Shown here: piece by piece, positions 42,284-53,076 of the stretch | Position numbering within the stretch: position 1 is the stretch's first letter | Layout of the letters: each line of letters opens with the position of its first letter | DNA from: Gammaproteobacteria bacterium | Lineage (GTDB): Bacteria > Pseudomonadota > Gammaproteobacteria > GCA-001735895 | Direction: 5' to 3' | Length of the DNA stretch: 64,000 nt | Assembly (NCBI GenBank): GCA_050298595.1 | Contig: JBNKUM010000022.1 | Location: 1-64,000, forward strand | The notes under the pieces: generated by a model | Database searches by the model: none | What the model was told of the DNA's origin: nothing | What the model saw: the letters and a program-made list of their open reading frames with translations, nothing else | Program-made: the position numbers and the translations under genes

Positions 42284-44845
42284 ATGAGCCCACACTGGTC
42301 GATATATAGTTCAGTCTTCCTGCTATCGGCCTGTGCACTGGCTTATGAAATCCTGCTGATGCGACTTTTCTCGATTATTCAGTGGCATCATTTTGCCTAT
42401 ATGGTCATTGGCCTTGCGCTGTTGGGTTATGGTATTAGTGGCAGTGTAATAAGTATCTGGCAGACAGCGCTGTTACGTTTTTTTGACTGGCTGTTGCCTT
42501 TACTGATGCTTCTGTTCGCCTTTACTAGTGTTGCGGTTTTTCTGCTTGGCCAGCACATTCCATTCAACGCCGAAGTGATACTTTGGGATAACTTGCAATG
42601 GTTGTATCTACTGGGCTTATTCCTGCTGTTATCTATTCCTTTCTTTTTTGCTTCTAGTGCTATCTGCCTGACGTTGATGTGTTTTCCACTCAATACTGCT
42701 CAAATCTATGCCGCAGATCTTATAGGTGCCGGTGTGGGTAGTCTGGGTATCGTCGGGCTACTGTTCTGGGTATTCCCTCAGCATGTGTTGCTGATGATTG
42801 CATTCCTGTCTCTAATGGCTGCAGGTTTTCTGCTGCCACGACTGATATCCAGCGTTAAATATCTATTGGCAGCTGCGATTGGAATTGGTCTGATTGTGCT
42901 TTATTCACTGGTTGATAACATAGCTCTTCAGGTATCACCCTATAAATCATTAAGCCAGACGTTGCGGATTAGCGGTGCAGAAGTAGTGGCTCAGCAATCC
43001 GGTCCACTGGGTTTTCTGACCGTGCTGAAGAATGACTCCGTCCCGTTTCGTATCGCGCCAGGATTGAGCTTGAATGCACAGGCCGAACCATTAGCGCAAC
43101 TGGCGCTGTTTAGCGATGCTGACAATATGACACCGATCACTCGATTTCCTCAGTCAATTGAGCAATTGTCCTATCTTGACCAGATGACTTCGGCGCTGCC
43201 TTACCATTTGCAGCAGCTTGATTCTGTGCTAGTAGTCGGTGGAGCAGGGGGAAGTGATGTTCTGCAGTCGCTGTATCACCGGGTTGAATCCATACATGTG
43301 CTGGAATTGAATCCTCAACTGAGTGAGTTGGTGGATGAGAAATTTTCAAGCTGGTCGGGCGGGCTTTATTCACGACCCGAGGTGACGCTATATAATAGGG
43401 AAGTTCGTGATTTCCTGTCGGAATCTAATCAGCGCTATGCCTTAATTCAAATGTCCTTGCTGGATGCTTTTAATGCGCAATCATCAGGCCTGCATGCGCT
43501 GCATGAAAATTACCTGTATACCAGCGAGTCTATTCAACTGTATCTACGTCACTTACAGGCGGATGGTTATCTGGCACTGACGCGATGGATCACTATACCA
43601 CCCAGGGATACTTTGAAGCTGCTAAATACCGTTATTCAGGCACTACAGGAGTCGGGAGTTCAGGATGCTGCTGACCGTCTACTGCTAATCCGTGGCTGGC
43701 AGACGGCTACACTGCTGGTCAAGAAAGGTATATTCAATGCTGACGAATTACAGAGGGTACGCCAGTTTTGTATGTCGCGCTCATTTGATCTGGCCTGGCT
43801 GCCTGATATTAAAAGTTCGGAAACTAATCGATACAATAAGCTGTCATCGGCACTTTTTTATCAAGCCAGTCAAAATCTGTTATCGGCACAACGACAGGAC
43901 TTTGTCGATAATTATAAATTCAACCTGACTGCAGCTAGCGATAACCGGCCCTATTTTTTCCACTTTTTCAAATGGCAGACGTTTCGAGAGCTATTCGAAT
44001 TACGCCATCAGGGTGGTATGCCCTTGATGGAGTGGGGTTATATCATCCTGCTTGCTACCCTGTTGGTCGCTGCGCTGTGCTCTCTAGTGCTGATTGTGAC
44101 TCCTTTATTGTTTATTAGGCGAATGAGTGTGGTACAGCCCACTATTCGCAGGCGTGACGTGATCATATTCTTTGCCGCTATCGGGCTGGCATTTTTGATG
44201 ATAGAAATCGCATTCATTCAAAAGTTTGTGCAACTGTTGCACCATCCACTTTATGCCATTGTGACGACGCTGAGCGCATTCCTGGTGTTCGCTGGTCTGG
44301 GCAGTCAATTTACTCGTTATCTGTCGGCCAACCGGGGGATAGGGCAGGTACTGATGTTCAGTATCATCGGCATCCTGCTTAGTGGGACGATATATTTACT
44401 CATGCTGGATTTTGTATTTGGGTTACTTTCCAGTCAGCATTTGTTAATACGTGTGTTGATCAGTATCGTGATGATAGCGCCGCTGGCATTTCTCATGGGG
44501 ATGCCTTTTCCACTTGCTCTGTCCAGTCTCACCACAGATGCAGATCACTATATCCCCTGGGCCTGGGCGATTAATGGTTGTGCGTCGGTGATTAGTGCAT
44601 CGCTGGCAACCATAGTGGCGATAAACTATGGTTTTAATGCGGTGGTATTGCTGGCATTACTGTTGTATCTGCTGGCATCATTATTTTTCCCATCATCTAA
44701 TCGAAAGGATAGGGTGGCTGTTCTATTGTCCAGAAACTCATATAAAATTCTCTATAGATGGTTTAAAACGCACTTAACGTTACAAGAAGTTTTTCATTTT
44801 CAACGATTACAGAATCTAAAGTGGCCTTGGCCAGTTTGTGTTTAA
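42284..44845 (+). CDS. Polytopic membrane protein with central spermidine-synthase-like SAM-binding domain
   Basis: N- and C-terminal TM bundles; YAADLIGAG; VLVVGGAGGSDV..LELNP; ENYLYT; WAWAINGCASV. The last ~45 aa overlap the convergent gene. Confidence 0.8.
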   Translation: MSPHWSIYSSVFLLSACALAYEILLMRLFSIIQWHHFAYMVIGLALLGYGISGSVISIWQTALLRFFDWLLPLLMLLFAFTSVAVFLLGQHIPFNAEVILWDNLQWLYLLGLFLLLSIPFFFASSAICLTLMCFPLNTAQIYAADLIGAGVGSLGIVGLLFWVFPQHVLLMIAFLSLMAAGFLLPRLISSVKYLLAAAIGIGLIVLYSLVDNIALQVSPYKSLSQTLRISGAEVVAQQSGPLGFLTVLKNDSVPFRIAPGLSLNAQAEPLAQLALFSDADNMTPITRFPQSIEQLSYLDQMTSALPYHLQQLDSVLVVGGAGGSDVLQSLYHRVESIHVLELNPQLSELVDEKFSSWSGGLYSRPEVTLYNREVRDFLSESNQRYALIQMSLLDAFNAQSSGLHALHENYLYTSESIQLYLRHLQADGYLALTRWITIPPRDTLKLLNTVIQALQESGVQDAADRLLLIRGWQTATLLVKKGIFNADELQRVRQFCMSRSFDLAWLPDIKSSETNRYNKLSSALFYQASQNLLSAQRQDFVDNYKFNLTAASDNRPYFFHFFKWQTFRELFELRHQGGMPLMEWGYIILLATLLVAALCSLVLIVTPLLFIRRMSVVQPTIRRRDVIIFFAAIGLAFLMIEIAFIQKFVQLLHHPLYAIVTTLSAFLVFAGLGSQFTRYLSANRGIGQVLMFSIIGILLSGTIYLLMLDFVFGLLSSQHLLIRVLISIVMIAPLAFLMGMPFPLALSSLTTDADHYIPWAWAINGCASVISASLATIVAINYGFNAVVLLALLLYLLASLFFPSSNRKDRVAVLLSRNSYKILYRWFKTHLTLQEVFHFQRLQNLKWPWPVCV

Positions 44846-45287
44846 GATTATCGTCTTTTAATTTGTAAACAGGGCGCGATGACAATACCTTTGAGATGGT
44901 AATCTGAGCAAGTTTCTTGATTTTCGGCTGATACTTGTCAGGAATTCCATTTATTTTGAGATCTATGATTGTTGGATTGTTCATATAGAACGCTCCTTCG
45001 TCCGGGACATAGGAAATGCTTCCGGTTATTTTAGTTGTTCCATTTCCTTTTAATTTTCCAGGTGCAATGGCCTGGATGTGTGCCTGAATGCCGAGTTCAT
45101 TCGAGCCTTCTATTAGATCTAGCTTCGGTTCTGTGATGATTACTGTCACGAAAAACTTCTTCTTTTCAAGAGGCATCATGGCCTCTACTTTTTCCTGGAG
45201 TTCAAGCTCTGTGAATTCTTTTGTGTACGAGAAAGCATAAGCCATATTGACTACGATTAATAATACTATTCCAATTACGTATTTCAT
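44763..45287 (-). CDS. DUF1439 (YceB-like) exported protein
   Basis: Signal peptide; TELELQEKVEAMMP..PVYKLKDD..L. Confidence 0.7.
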   Translation of the reverse strand: MKYVIGIVLLIVVNMAYAFSYTKEFTELELQEKVEAMMPLEKKKFFVTVIITEPKLDLIEGSNELGIQAHIQAIAPGKLKGNGTTKITGSISYVPDEGAFYMNNPTIIDLKINGIPDKYQPKIKKLAQITISKVLSSRPVYKLKDDNLKHKLAKATLDSVIVENEKLLVTLSAF

Positions 45288-45339
45288 ACAGGATCTCTTT
45301 TTTAACAACCTTTGCCTGGAGTTTTAGTACGAGTGATAA

Positions 45340-45819
45340 TCAATCTTTCTCAGCCCACTCACGAATTTTGCGTTTAAGTTTTTCTTCGACTTTTTCACCA
45401 ATCTCTTTCCACTCCTTGTCCGATTCTTCAGATTCCTCTTCTTCAGCAAATTCCTTTAATTTACGCATTACTTTCTTCTCAACTTTTTCGCCAATATCTT
45501 CCCATTCTTTATCAATCTGTCTTTTCTTCGCAACTTTACAGTTAGCGTGACATCCTCCGCCCCAGATTGAAATAACGCCAAGCAAGAAACCAAAATCATA
45601 CCAGCCGCCTGTATTGTTGGTTTCGTAAACAACAACACTGTCGTTGAAGAGATGAATAATTAGACTAATAACTGAAATTATCCCATGCCAAAGGCCCCAC
45701 CAGAAACCCGCAGGCGTTAGTTGTGAGAATTGTGCATCACCCGCTGCACAGGAGGTTAGCAGCAGAATAAAAGGTACAAGAATGATGAGCTTATGTATCC
45801 GATGATTTGACAGGATCAT
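45340..45819 (-). CDS. Hypothetical lipoprotein/membrane protein
   Basis: Lipobox LTSC; AGFWWGLWHG..YETNNTGGWYDFGF; duplicated DKEWxxIGEKVE tail. Confidence 0.75.
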   Translation of the reverse strand: MILSNHRIHKLIILVPFILLLTSCAAGDAQFSQLTPAGFWWGLWHGIISVISLIIHLFNDSVVVYETNNTGGWYDFGFLLGVISIWGGGCHANCKVAKKRQIDKEWEDIGEKVEKKVMRKLKEFAEEEESEESDKEWKEIGEKVEEKLKRKIREWAEKD

Positions 45820-46089
45820 TGTTTTCTCCCTCTTTTTGCTATAGTTAGAAACTGCTGTTGACCGCTTTGAGTATATGACAAGTGTATGAATTTCTGAAAC
45901 CTATTGGCTTTATGGAGATACACCGGATGAGTGTTTTAAAAATCTCAATTTCAATACCCAGGTTTAAATAGGCTGACCGTTCATTGGCGGGCTCTATGTC
46001 TCGATACTTCACTTAGATCCTGTTATTCCTCATAGCCTAGCAGGTCGACATCAGCTGCTTTTTGTCTGAGAGCTATAATGATTTGTATT

Positions 46090-46222
46090 GAGGAGATGAG
46101 TGCCCCTGAAAAACAGTTCACCTTTCCAGGGTTCGAATGTGGCCGGACGGAATAGCAAGTATTCCGACCATTTTTCTTCGTCTTTTATCTTAATTTGTCA
46201 AATTAAGGTATGCATTGTTCAT
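46090..46222 (-). pseudogene. DUF1330-family remnant
   Basis: Minus strand: QIKIKDEEKWSEYLLFRPATFEPWKGELFFRG after a disrupted start. Confidence 0.5.
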
Positions 46223-46315
46223 ATTGGAAGCTCTCTTTGCCTAAATCTAATGAGTTATATGTTAGTTATATCTCACGACTATTTTTAAGTCATCAATGCT
46301 GCTTAGGCTGGCTTT

Positions 46316-46582
46316 CTACAGACCTAGATTTCGGGTTAAAACCTCGGCTGATTTTATGACTCGCCTGGTACGATAAAGCTCTGGATGCTTTTGTTCTTCT
46401 GTATAACCAGCAGGGTCTTCAGATACAGCGCTTACAAACCAGGAGATTTCAGGCCTGCGCTCACCGAGTTGTTTTTTTAATGTGGTCGTAGTTATTCCTA
46501 ATGCTTTGGCTGCAGCATTGTAGGTGCAACGGGTCTTCACTTCATTAATATAATCAACTACAAGGTTAATTTTATCTTCCAT
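46316..46582 (-). CDS. Hypothetical small protein
   Basis: Clean 88-aa ORF; possible helix-turn-helix (TYNAAAKALG). Confidence 0.65.
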   Translation of the reverse strand: MEDKINLVVDYINEVKTRCTYNAAAKALGITTTTLKKQLGERRPEISWFVSAVSEDPAGYTEEQKHPELYRTRRVIKSAEVLTRNLGL

Positions 46583-46746
46583 TTTACATCGCTAATGATG
46601 AGTTTTCGGGGGTCTATGTTATCAGAATTTGAGCAAGCCCGTAAGAATCAATATGAAATGCAGGGCTAAAACACCCAGTATGCACTAAATTTAGGTTGGT
46701 TTTTTAAGTATAATACCCCCTGGAGATGACATGAATTAAGGTACAG

Positions 46747-47106
46747 ATGAGTCGATATTCAAAAAACAAAAAAGTTTCACCTGAGACACAGAGTGAAGCG
46801 ATGCAAGTCGCCAAAGCCACACAAAGGCCCGGTCAAACCAAAGAGCAAACGCGCCTTATCGCCCAGGGCATTCAAAAGGGGATAGATCAATACAAGAAGC
46901 AGCATAAAGCTAAAGCTCGAGAACTGGACAAGCGAATCAAGGCCTCTCAGCAGAAAACTGGTTCAGATAGTGAAGTCACAATCCAGATAGAGACCCAGAC
47001 GGTCTATAAGCAACATTGGCTGCCCTGGTTGTTGCTGATACTTTCCTGGACCGTAGCAGCTGTTTATTACTTTTCAGACAAAATATTGTTATTTTTCAGC
47101 AACTAA
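46747..47106 (+). CDS. DUF2956 family protein
   Basis: TQRPGQTKEQTRLIAQGIQKGIDQYKKQHKAKARE; LPWLLLILSW TM. Confidence 0.85.
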   Translation: MSRYSKNKKVSPETQSEAMQVAKATQRPGQTKEQTRLIAQGIQKGIDQYKKQHKAKARELDKRIKASQQKTGSDSEVTIQIETQTVYKQHWLPWLLLILSWTVAAVYYFSDKILLFFSN

Positions 47107-47335
47107 GGTGAATACATTATAATTAGCCACCAGTGCACCATCTTCATTGGTGATGGTGGTATCCCTGCGCACTTTCCCATAGTTTTCGGTTTCACGATGG
47201 CCTTTTTCCTTACGGGTAAACTGAACCTGTGGTACATCGTAGGCATACACGGATTTGGAAAAATGCAGAGTCTCCATAGCAAAATTGGCTAATACTGAGC
47301 CTTCACCGGGCTAGACAAATAGACCGGTGACCATT
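47089..47335 (-). pseudogene. MaoC-dehydratase (PaaZ C-terminus-like) remnant
   Basis: GLFV*PGEGSVLANFAMETLHF..ITNEDGALVANYNVFTLVA, with an internal stop. Confidence 0.6.
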
Positions 47336-47533
47336 GATTAAGGCACATCTGATCAATTAAATTGTATTGCAGGGTTTGTATAAAATACTATAAATGGATT
47401 TTCTCTTATTATATTTTTTTATCAGGTAATGTGTTTTAAGTTTAAGGCGGTTATCTAAATGCAAAATTTTTTTATTGTTTGAACTGTTTTTACAACTACA
47501 CTGATACAAAATCATCACCAAATTCAAATTACC

Positions 47534-48079
47534 ATGCACCGAGCAGTTAAAATGGTCACTGACAGCACAGCTGATACAAGCGTTGAAGATAGCCCTCTGA
47601 ATGAGTTTTCCAAATGCCATGATGGTATCGTGATGAATTTTCAGCAATTGCTGTCTTTAGCGGTTTTGCTTAAACAGAATCCCAAGGACCCACAAATCAA
47701 CAAACGAGCAAAGTCGTTATTAACCTTTTTTGAAGAGGTCGTGTTACGACATCATTCTGAAGAGGAGGAAGAGCTATTTACGGCTGTTATAGATTGCGCC
47801 TCTAAGGCTAGTGAAGCCAAACTGGCCAGAGAATATATTAAGAAACTGATTGAAGAACATCGTGATCTTGAAAAGATGTGGGAAGTCATAGAATCCGACA
47901 TAAGAAAATTAGCCCAAGGAAAACCTGCTGATATTGATATCCAAATTACTGAGAAACTTGCTACTCAGTATCTTGCTCACGCCGCATTTGAAGAACAGTA
48001 TTTTTTACCTCTTTCTGTAAAAATACTTTCAAAAAAAGAGATGTCTGCACTGGGTTTGTCACTACACATGAGACAGTAG
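47534..48079 (+). CDS. Hemerythrin/HHE domain protein
   Basis: FSKCHDGI, RHHSEEEEELF, EEHRDLE, AHAAFEEQYFLP. Confidence 0.85.
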   Translation: MHRAVKMVTDSTADTSVEDSPLNEFSKCHDGIVMNFQQLLSLAVLLKQNPKDPQINKRAKSLLTFFEEVVLRHHSEEEEELFTAVIDCASKASEAKLAREYIKKLIEEHRDLEKMWEVIESDIRKLAQGKPADIDIQITEKLATQYLAHAAFEEQYFLPLSVKILSKKEMSALGLSLHMRQ

Positions 48080-48177
48080 AATATACCGGTCATTGGTTAC
48101 ATTTAACCAAAACAACGTGGTTATGCGAATAACTATGTTTTCTTAATAAAAATATTCTCATAAAGTAGTTTAAATAT

Positions 48178-49137
48178 ATGAATTCCATATCTAACAATAT
48201 ACAAAAGTATAATAATATCTGTGCAATTGGGGGAGGGACTGGTTTAGGTAGATTACTGTATGCTCTTAGCGCCATAAATGTCAAAACTACTGGAATTGTA
48301 GCGACTACAGATACCGGAGGCTCAACAGGCTGGATTCGTGAACATACCAATTCTATTGCATGGGGTGATATAAGAAATTGTCTTAACCAGATGTCTCGAA
48401 AAGGCTGTATTCCAGGTGCACTGTTTCAATATCGCTTTGAGGGGTTTAGCGCATTAGAAAACCAGAATCTTGGTAATCTGATGTTATATGCACTGGATCA
48501 ATTGAGCGGAAGACCCTTAGATGCCATTACACATGCCAGAGAGATACTTAATATTGAAACTGTCGTCATACCCATGTCTGAACAGCCCGTGCACCTGGCT
48601 GCAAATGATTCAGACGATGTAACCCACTTTGGGGAAGTTAAGGTCGAGGAGCTTAAATCTTTACCTGACAATATCTGGCTGGTTCCAGATCCAGTAGCGA
48701 CTCCGGAAGCGGTAACAGCCATTAACCAGGCCGATTTAATCATTTTGTCTGCCGGCAGCCTGGTAACCAGCCTGATGCCAAATTTACTGGTGACTGAATT
48801 GCTTGAGGCTATAGTAAAAAGCAAAGCGCCGGTTATATACATCGGCAATATGAAACCGATTGATGATGCAATCGGAACACTGACGCTTGACCAGCAATGT
48901 CGCTGGATGGAAAAAATACTGGGCTTAAATATTATAAACGGGATCATTTGGCCAGACTCCCGAGAGCGCCCCGATTGTGACTGGATCTATACACTGGTCA
49001 CTGATGTTGCGGACAAAAACTCTCCACTTCGCCACGATAAGATAAAACTAATTTCTGCGCTTAATCGCATTTTAAAAAGTTCTAATCAACAAATTCAGAC
49101 TATATATGAATCATCTAACTATTCTGCATCAAGATGA
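48178..49137 (+). CDS. yvcK: UDP-GlcNAc-binding YvcK/YbhK (UPF0052) protein
   Basis: AIGGGTGLG, TTDTGGSTG, WGDIRNCL, ADLIILSAGSLVTSLMP. Confidence 0.88.
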   Translation: MNSISNNIQKYNNICAIGGGTGLGRLLYALSAINVKTTGIVATTDTGGSTGWIREHTNSIAWGDIRNCLNQMSRKGCIPGALFQYRFEGFSALENQNLGNLMLYALDQLSGRPLDAITHAREILNIETVVIPMSEQPVHLAANDSDDVTHFGEVKVEELKSLPDNIWLVPDPVATPEAVTAINQADLIILSAGSLVTSLMPNLLVTELLEAIVKSKAPVIYIGNMKPIDDAIGTLTLDQQCRWMEKILGLNIINGIIWPDSRERPDCDWIYTLVTDVADKNSPLRHDKIKLISALNRILKSSNQQIQTIYESSNYSASR

Positions 49138-49798
49138 ACATATTATTGTTATCCACAAACCTGCGGGGCTGTTGATGCATCGCAGTCCTATTTCTCGTGA
49201 TACAGTTTTTGTACTACAAACCTTACGCGACCAGATCGGTCAAAGGGTCTACCCCATTCACCGTTTAGACAGAGCTACTTCCGGGGTGTTGGCTTTTGGC
49301 CTGAACCCGGAAATGGCGAAAATGGTTGCACAGCAATTTGAAGACCATCTGGTTGAAAAAGAGTACCTGGCACTAGTCCGTGGCTGGGTCGACGATAGCG
49401 GCCAAATCGACCACCCCATTGCAGATGAAGAGGGCAATAATAAAAGCCAGGAGGCAATTACTGACTATCGTTGTTTGCAAAAAGTTGAACTGCCTTTTGC
49501 GGTTGACCGTTACCCCAGCTCCAGGTACTCACTGGTCAGTGTTTCACCACAAACAGGTAGAAGACAGCAAATACGCAAACACTTCAAACATATTTCACAT
49601 CACCTGATCGGCGACACTACTCATGGCAATGGAAAACACAATCGCTTCTTCCGTGAGCAATATGATATTCATCGCTTGATGCTAACTTCTCACAAACTTT
49701 GCCTTGATCACCCCATAACTCAGCAAAGACTGTGTTTTGAGGCAATTTCGGAGCCGGAGTGGGAGAAATTGTTTGGGGAGTTTAACTGGAAGCAATGA
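49106..49798 (+). CDS. truC: tRNA pseudouridine synthase, TruC-like
   Basis: LQTLRDQIGQRVYPIHRLDRATSG, TGRRQQIRKH, IGDTTHGNGKHN. Confidence 0.85.
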   Translation: MNHLTILHQDEHIIVIHKPAGLLMHRSPISRDTVFVLQTLRDQIGQRVYPIHRLDRATSGVLAFGLNPEMAKMVAQQFEDHLVEKEYLALVRGWVDDSGQIDHPIADEEGNNKSQEAITDYRCLQKVELPFAVDRYPSSRYSLVSVSPQTGRRQQIRKHFKHISHHLIGDTTHGNGKHNRFFREQYDIHRLMLTSHKLCLDHPITQQRLCFEAISEPEWEKLFGEFNWKQ

Positions 49799-50074
49799 TC
49801 ATAAAGTATAGAAGCGGATTCAGCACTTCTCTCTCCAGTCTAAAATTTTTTCCGTAGACAGGATAAACCTGTATTGATCGGTATCTAGGGATGATTCTCT
49901 TGAAATGGGTGAAAAGACTGATGTCTATGGTTACAAAGTACTAATATTTGTATAGATTGAAATTGAATCAAATCGGTATGAGATAGAATTACTTTCAGCC
50001 TACAATACAGGCAGTTTCAGTTTTTATAAAATCTCCCAGTTCTATAACCCGGGATTCAGAGATAGAGATATATT

Positions 50075-50896
50075 ATGACTAAAGTGAATCAACATATAGA
50101 TGAGCCTTACTCTCTATTGGTTCAGATATCGGACACGCATTTGTGCGCTGATCCGAAGCGCAGTTTACGTGGTATTAATACATACGATTGTCTTAAGGCT
50201 GTACTCAAACTGGCATCCGACCACTTACAACAAGCCTCTCTCATCATGACTACTGGTGATATTAGTCACGATGGTAGCTCTGAATCTTATAGTTTCTTTG
50301 AAGAACAGCTCCGTAAACTAAGTGGTGTTAAACGTTTATTACCCGGCAACCACGATCAACCAGATATTTTATGCCAGCTGATGTCACAGCCAAATTGGCC
50401 GACAGTGGACCAACTGGGCTCGTGGCGAGTAATCGGGCTCGACAGCCATCTCACTGGAGAATCGGCTGGGTATCTGGCTACTGATAAATTAGCTGATCTG
50501 AAACTTGTTCTTGCGGAGGCAGGGCATGCTCATCAACCTGTATTACTCGCTTTACACCATCCCCCTATACCCACCGGTAGTTGTTGGCTTGACGAAATTA
50601 GCCTGATTAATCAATCGGAATTTCGTCAATTATTAAGTGATTTTAAGCAGGTACGCGCAATTATTTTTGGCCATGCACATCAAGAGATGGACGAAACCCG
50701 AGATGGTATTCGGTGGCTTTGCTGCCCTTCAACCTGCGTCCAGTTTTTACCCAACACTCAAAGCGCTTACAGTGATACTCTGTTACCAGGCTACCGTTGG
50801 ATTAGACTCTATCAAGACGGTAAAATAGAAACTGGAGTTGAGCGTATCTCAGAGTGGCCATACGATAGTGGGCCAGACCGTCGCAAATGGAGCTAA
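50075..50896 (+). CDS. cpdA: 3',5'-cyclic-nucleotide phosphodiesterase
   Basis: QISDTHL, TGDISHDG, PGNHD, HHPP, FGHAH, PSTCVQF. Confidence 0.85.
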   Translation: MTKVNQHIDEPYSLLVQISDTHLCADPKRSLRGINTYDCLKAVLKLASDHLQQASLIMTTGDISHDGSSESYSFFEEQLRKLSGVKRLLPGNHDQPDILCQLMSQPNWPTVDQLGSWRVIGLDSHLTGESAGYLATDKLADLKLVLAEAGHAHQPVLLALHHPPIPTGSCWLDEISLINQSEFRQLLSDFKQVRAIIFGHAHQEMDETRDGIRWLCCPSTCVQFLPNTQSAYSDTLLPGYRWIRLYQDGKIETGVERISEWPYDSGPDRRKWS

Positions 50897-50969
50897 ATTT
50901 TAACAACCGTTTGCGTAGATAATTTTCCGATTGGTTGAACGCACTTTAAATAATATAAGTTATTAATAA

Positions 50970-52928
50970 ATGAAAAAAGAAAATCCGCTTTGGAAACCTG
51001 ATCCAGAAACAATTGATTCTACGTTGATCAGGCAATTTATGCTTGTAGCAAATGATCGCTATTCCAAATCACTTAACTCTTACAATGAGTTATGGAAATG
51101 GTCAATTAATTGTACTGATGATTTCTGGAATTTAGTCTGGGATTATTGCGAGGTAATCGGCGAAAAAGGCGAGCGTGTTTTGATCGATGAAGGTGCTATG
51201 CATAACGCCCAATGGTTTCCTGATGCGAGGCTCAATTTTGCACAAAATCTGTTACGCCGCCGTGATGATAATGAAGCGATTGTTTTCTGGGGTGAAGACA
51301 AAGTTCGAAGAACGCTCAGCTATAAACAACTTTGGCTGGCCGTTGCACAATTTTCCGCAGCCCTGAGAGCAGAGGGGATCAAGAAGGGCGATGTTGTTGC
51401 GGCCTATATGCCGAATATGCCAGAAACCATTATTGCTATGCTCGCAGCGAGTAGCATAGGAGCAATCTTTACTTCTGCTTCACCAGATTTCGGCACTCAA
51501 GGATTATTAGATCGATTTGGTCAGGTTGAACCTAAAATATTGATCGCGTCAGATAGCTATTTCTATAACCGTAAACAAATCAACAAGCTCGATATACTAG
51601 TGCAAGTAGCACCGCAACTTCCAACTGTTGAACATATAATTCTGGTGCCTTATGAAAATGAGATTTCCAAACTTCCAGCCATTGACGGAATTATTGGCTG
51701 GTATGAATTTATTGCTCCGTATCAGAATGCAACCGAAATCAACTTTGAGCCGCTGCCCTTTGATCATCCCTTGTACATTATGTATTCATCAGGGACTACT
51801 GGAGCACCAAAATGCATCGTACATGCAGCCGGACGAGCTTTGCTGCAACATTTGAAAGAACAGCGATTGCATAGTGATGTTAAAGCCGGTGACCGCTTAT
51901 TCTTTTTTACCACCTGTGGCTGGATGATGTGGAACTGGTTGGTGAGTGGCCTGGCATCCGAAGCGACTATTATGCTCTACGATGGCTCTCCCTTATTAGA
52001 TCAGGGACGTATCCTGTTTGATTATGCAGAGCAGGGGGTTATGACCCATTTTGGCACATCAGCGAAATTTATCGATGCTATTGCCAAGAATGGCTTACAG
52101 CCGGCAAATACCCATGATCTGTCAAATTTACGAGTGATGTTTTCAACTGGCAGCCCTCTGGTGGCTGAAAGTTTTGAGTATGTCTATCGTGATATCAAAC
52201 AAAACCTGCAGTTATCATCCATTTCTGGCGGCACCGATATTCTTTCCTGTTTTGTGCTGGGCTGTCCTGTGTTGCCAGTGTGGTCTGGTGAAATTCAGTG
52301 TAGAGGCCTAGGTATGGCCGTTGATGTTTTTGATGAGGCTGGCAAACCCGTTAGAACCAGCAAAGGGGAATTAGTCTGTACCAGGCCATTCCCGGCTATG
52401 CCCATAGGATTCTGGAATGACACCGATGGTGAACTTTATCGAGATAGCTATTTTTCACGCTTTTCTGGTATCTGGTGTCAGGGTGATTTCTGCGAGATTA
52501 CCGAGCATGATGGGTTAATTATTTACGGTCGATCTGATGCGACATTAAATCCTGGAGGAGTTCGCATAGGGTCTGCAGAAATCTACCGCCAGGTGGAAAA
52601 GCTGGAAGAGGTTCTGGAATCTTTAGTCATTGGTCAGCAATGGATGGATGATGTACGCGTCGTGTTATTTGTCAAACTTCGACCTGATTTAACACTGGAC
52701 GAAGAACTCATTGCGCGAATAAAACAAACTATACGCAGTAACACAACACCCAGACATGTACCTGCAAAAGTATTACAGGTACAGGACATACCCCGAACAA
52801 AGAGTGGCAAGATCGTCGAGTTAGCTGTGCGTAATGTAGTGCACGGAGAGGCGGTGAAAAACATAGAGGCACTGGCTAACCCCGAGGCCTTGGCTTTTTT
52901 TCGTGATCGATCTGAGTTGCTGGATTAG
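50970..52928 (+). CDS. Acetoacetate-CoA ligase
   Basis: IMYSSGTTGAPKCIVH, TTCGWMMWNWL, SISGGTD, GRSDATLNPGGVRIG. Confidence 0.93.
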   Translation: MKKENPLWKPDPETIDSTLIRQFMLVANDRYSKSLNSYNELWKWSINCTDDFWNLVWDYCEVIGEKGERVLIDEGAMHNAQWFPDARLNFAQNLLRRRDDNEAIVFWGEDKVRRTLSYKQLWLAVAQFSAALRAEGIKKGDVVAAYMPNMPETIIAMLAASSIGAIFTSASPDFGTQGLLDRFGQVEPKILIASDSYFYNRKQINKLDILVQVAPQLPTVEHIILVPYENEISKLPAIDGIIGWYEFIAPYQNATEINFEPLPFDHPLYIMYSSGTTGAPKCIVHAAGRALLQHLKEQRLHSDVKAGDRLFFFTTCGWMMWNWLVSGLASEATIMLYDGSPLLDQGRILFDYAEQGVMTHFGTSAKFIDAIAKNGLQPANTHDLSNLRVMFSTGSPLVAESFEYVYRDIKQNLQLSSISGGTDILSCFVLGCPVLPVWSGEIQCRGLGMAVDVFDEAGKPVRTSKGELVCTRPFPAMPIGFWNDTDGELYRDSYFSRFSGIWCQGDFCEITEHDGLIIYGRSDATLNPGGVRIGSAEIYRQVEKLEEVLESLVIGQQWMDDVRVVLFVKLRPDLTLDEELIARIKQTIRSNTTPRHVPAKVLQVQDIPRTKSGKIVELAVRNVVHGEAVKNIEALANPEALAFFRDRSELLD

Positions 52929-53076
52929 AGAGACCATAGATATTTATCCTTGTCATTTATCCTGTTGAGGCTTAAAGCATGTGAATGTAATGCTTTCTTC
53001 ACCGATGAATTCATCACCTTCATGCCATACTTTTACTTTGGGATAACTGTACGTACCTGATAAATCATTGAGAGAT

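Noticed and set aside
44700-44845. Functional 83-bp convergent gene overlap
   Set aside because: The tail after LASLFFP looks like read-through from a lost stop codon.
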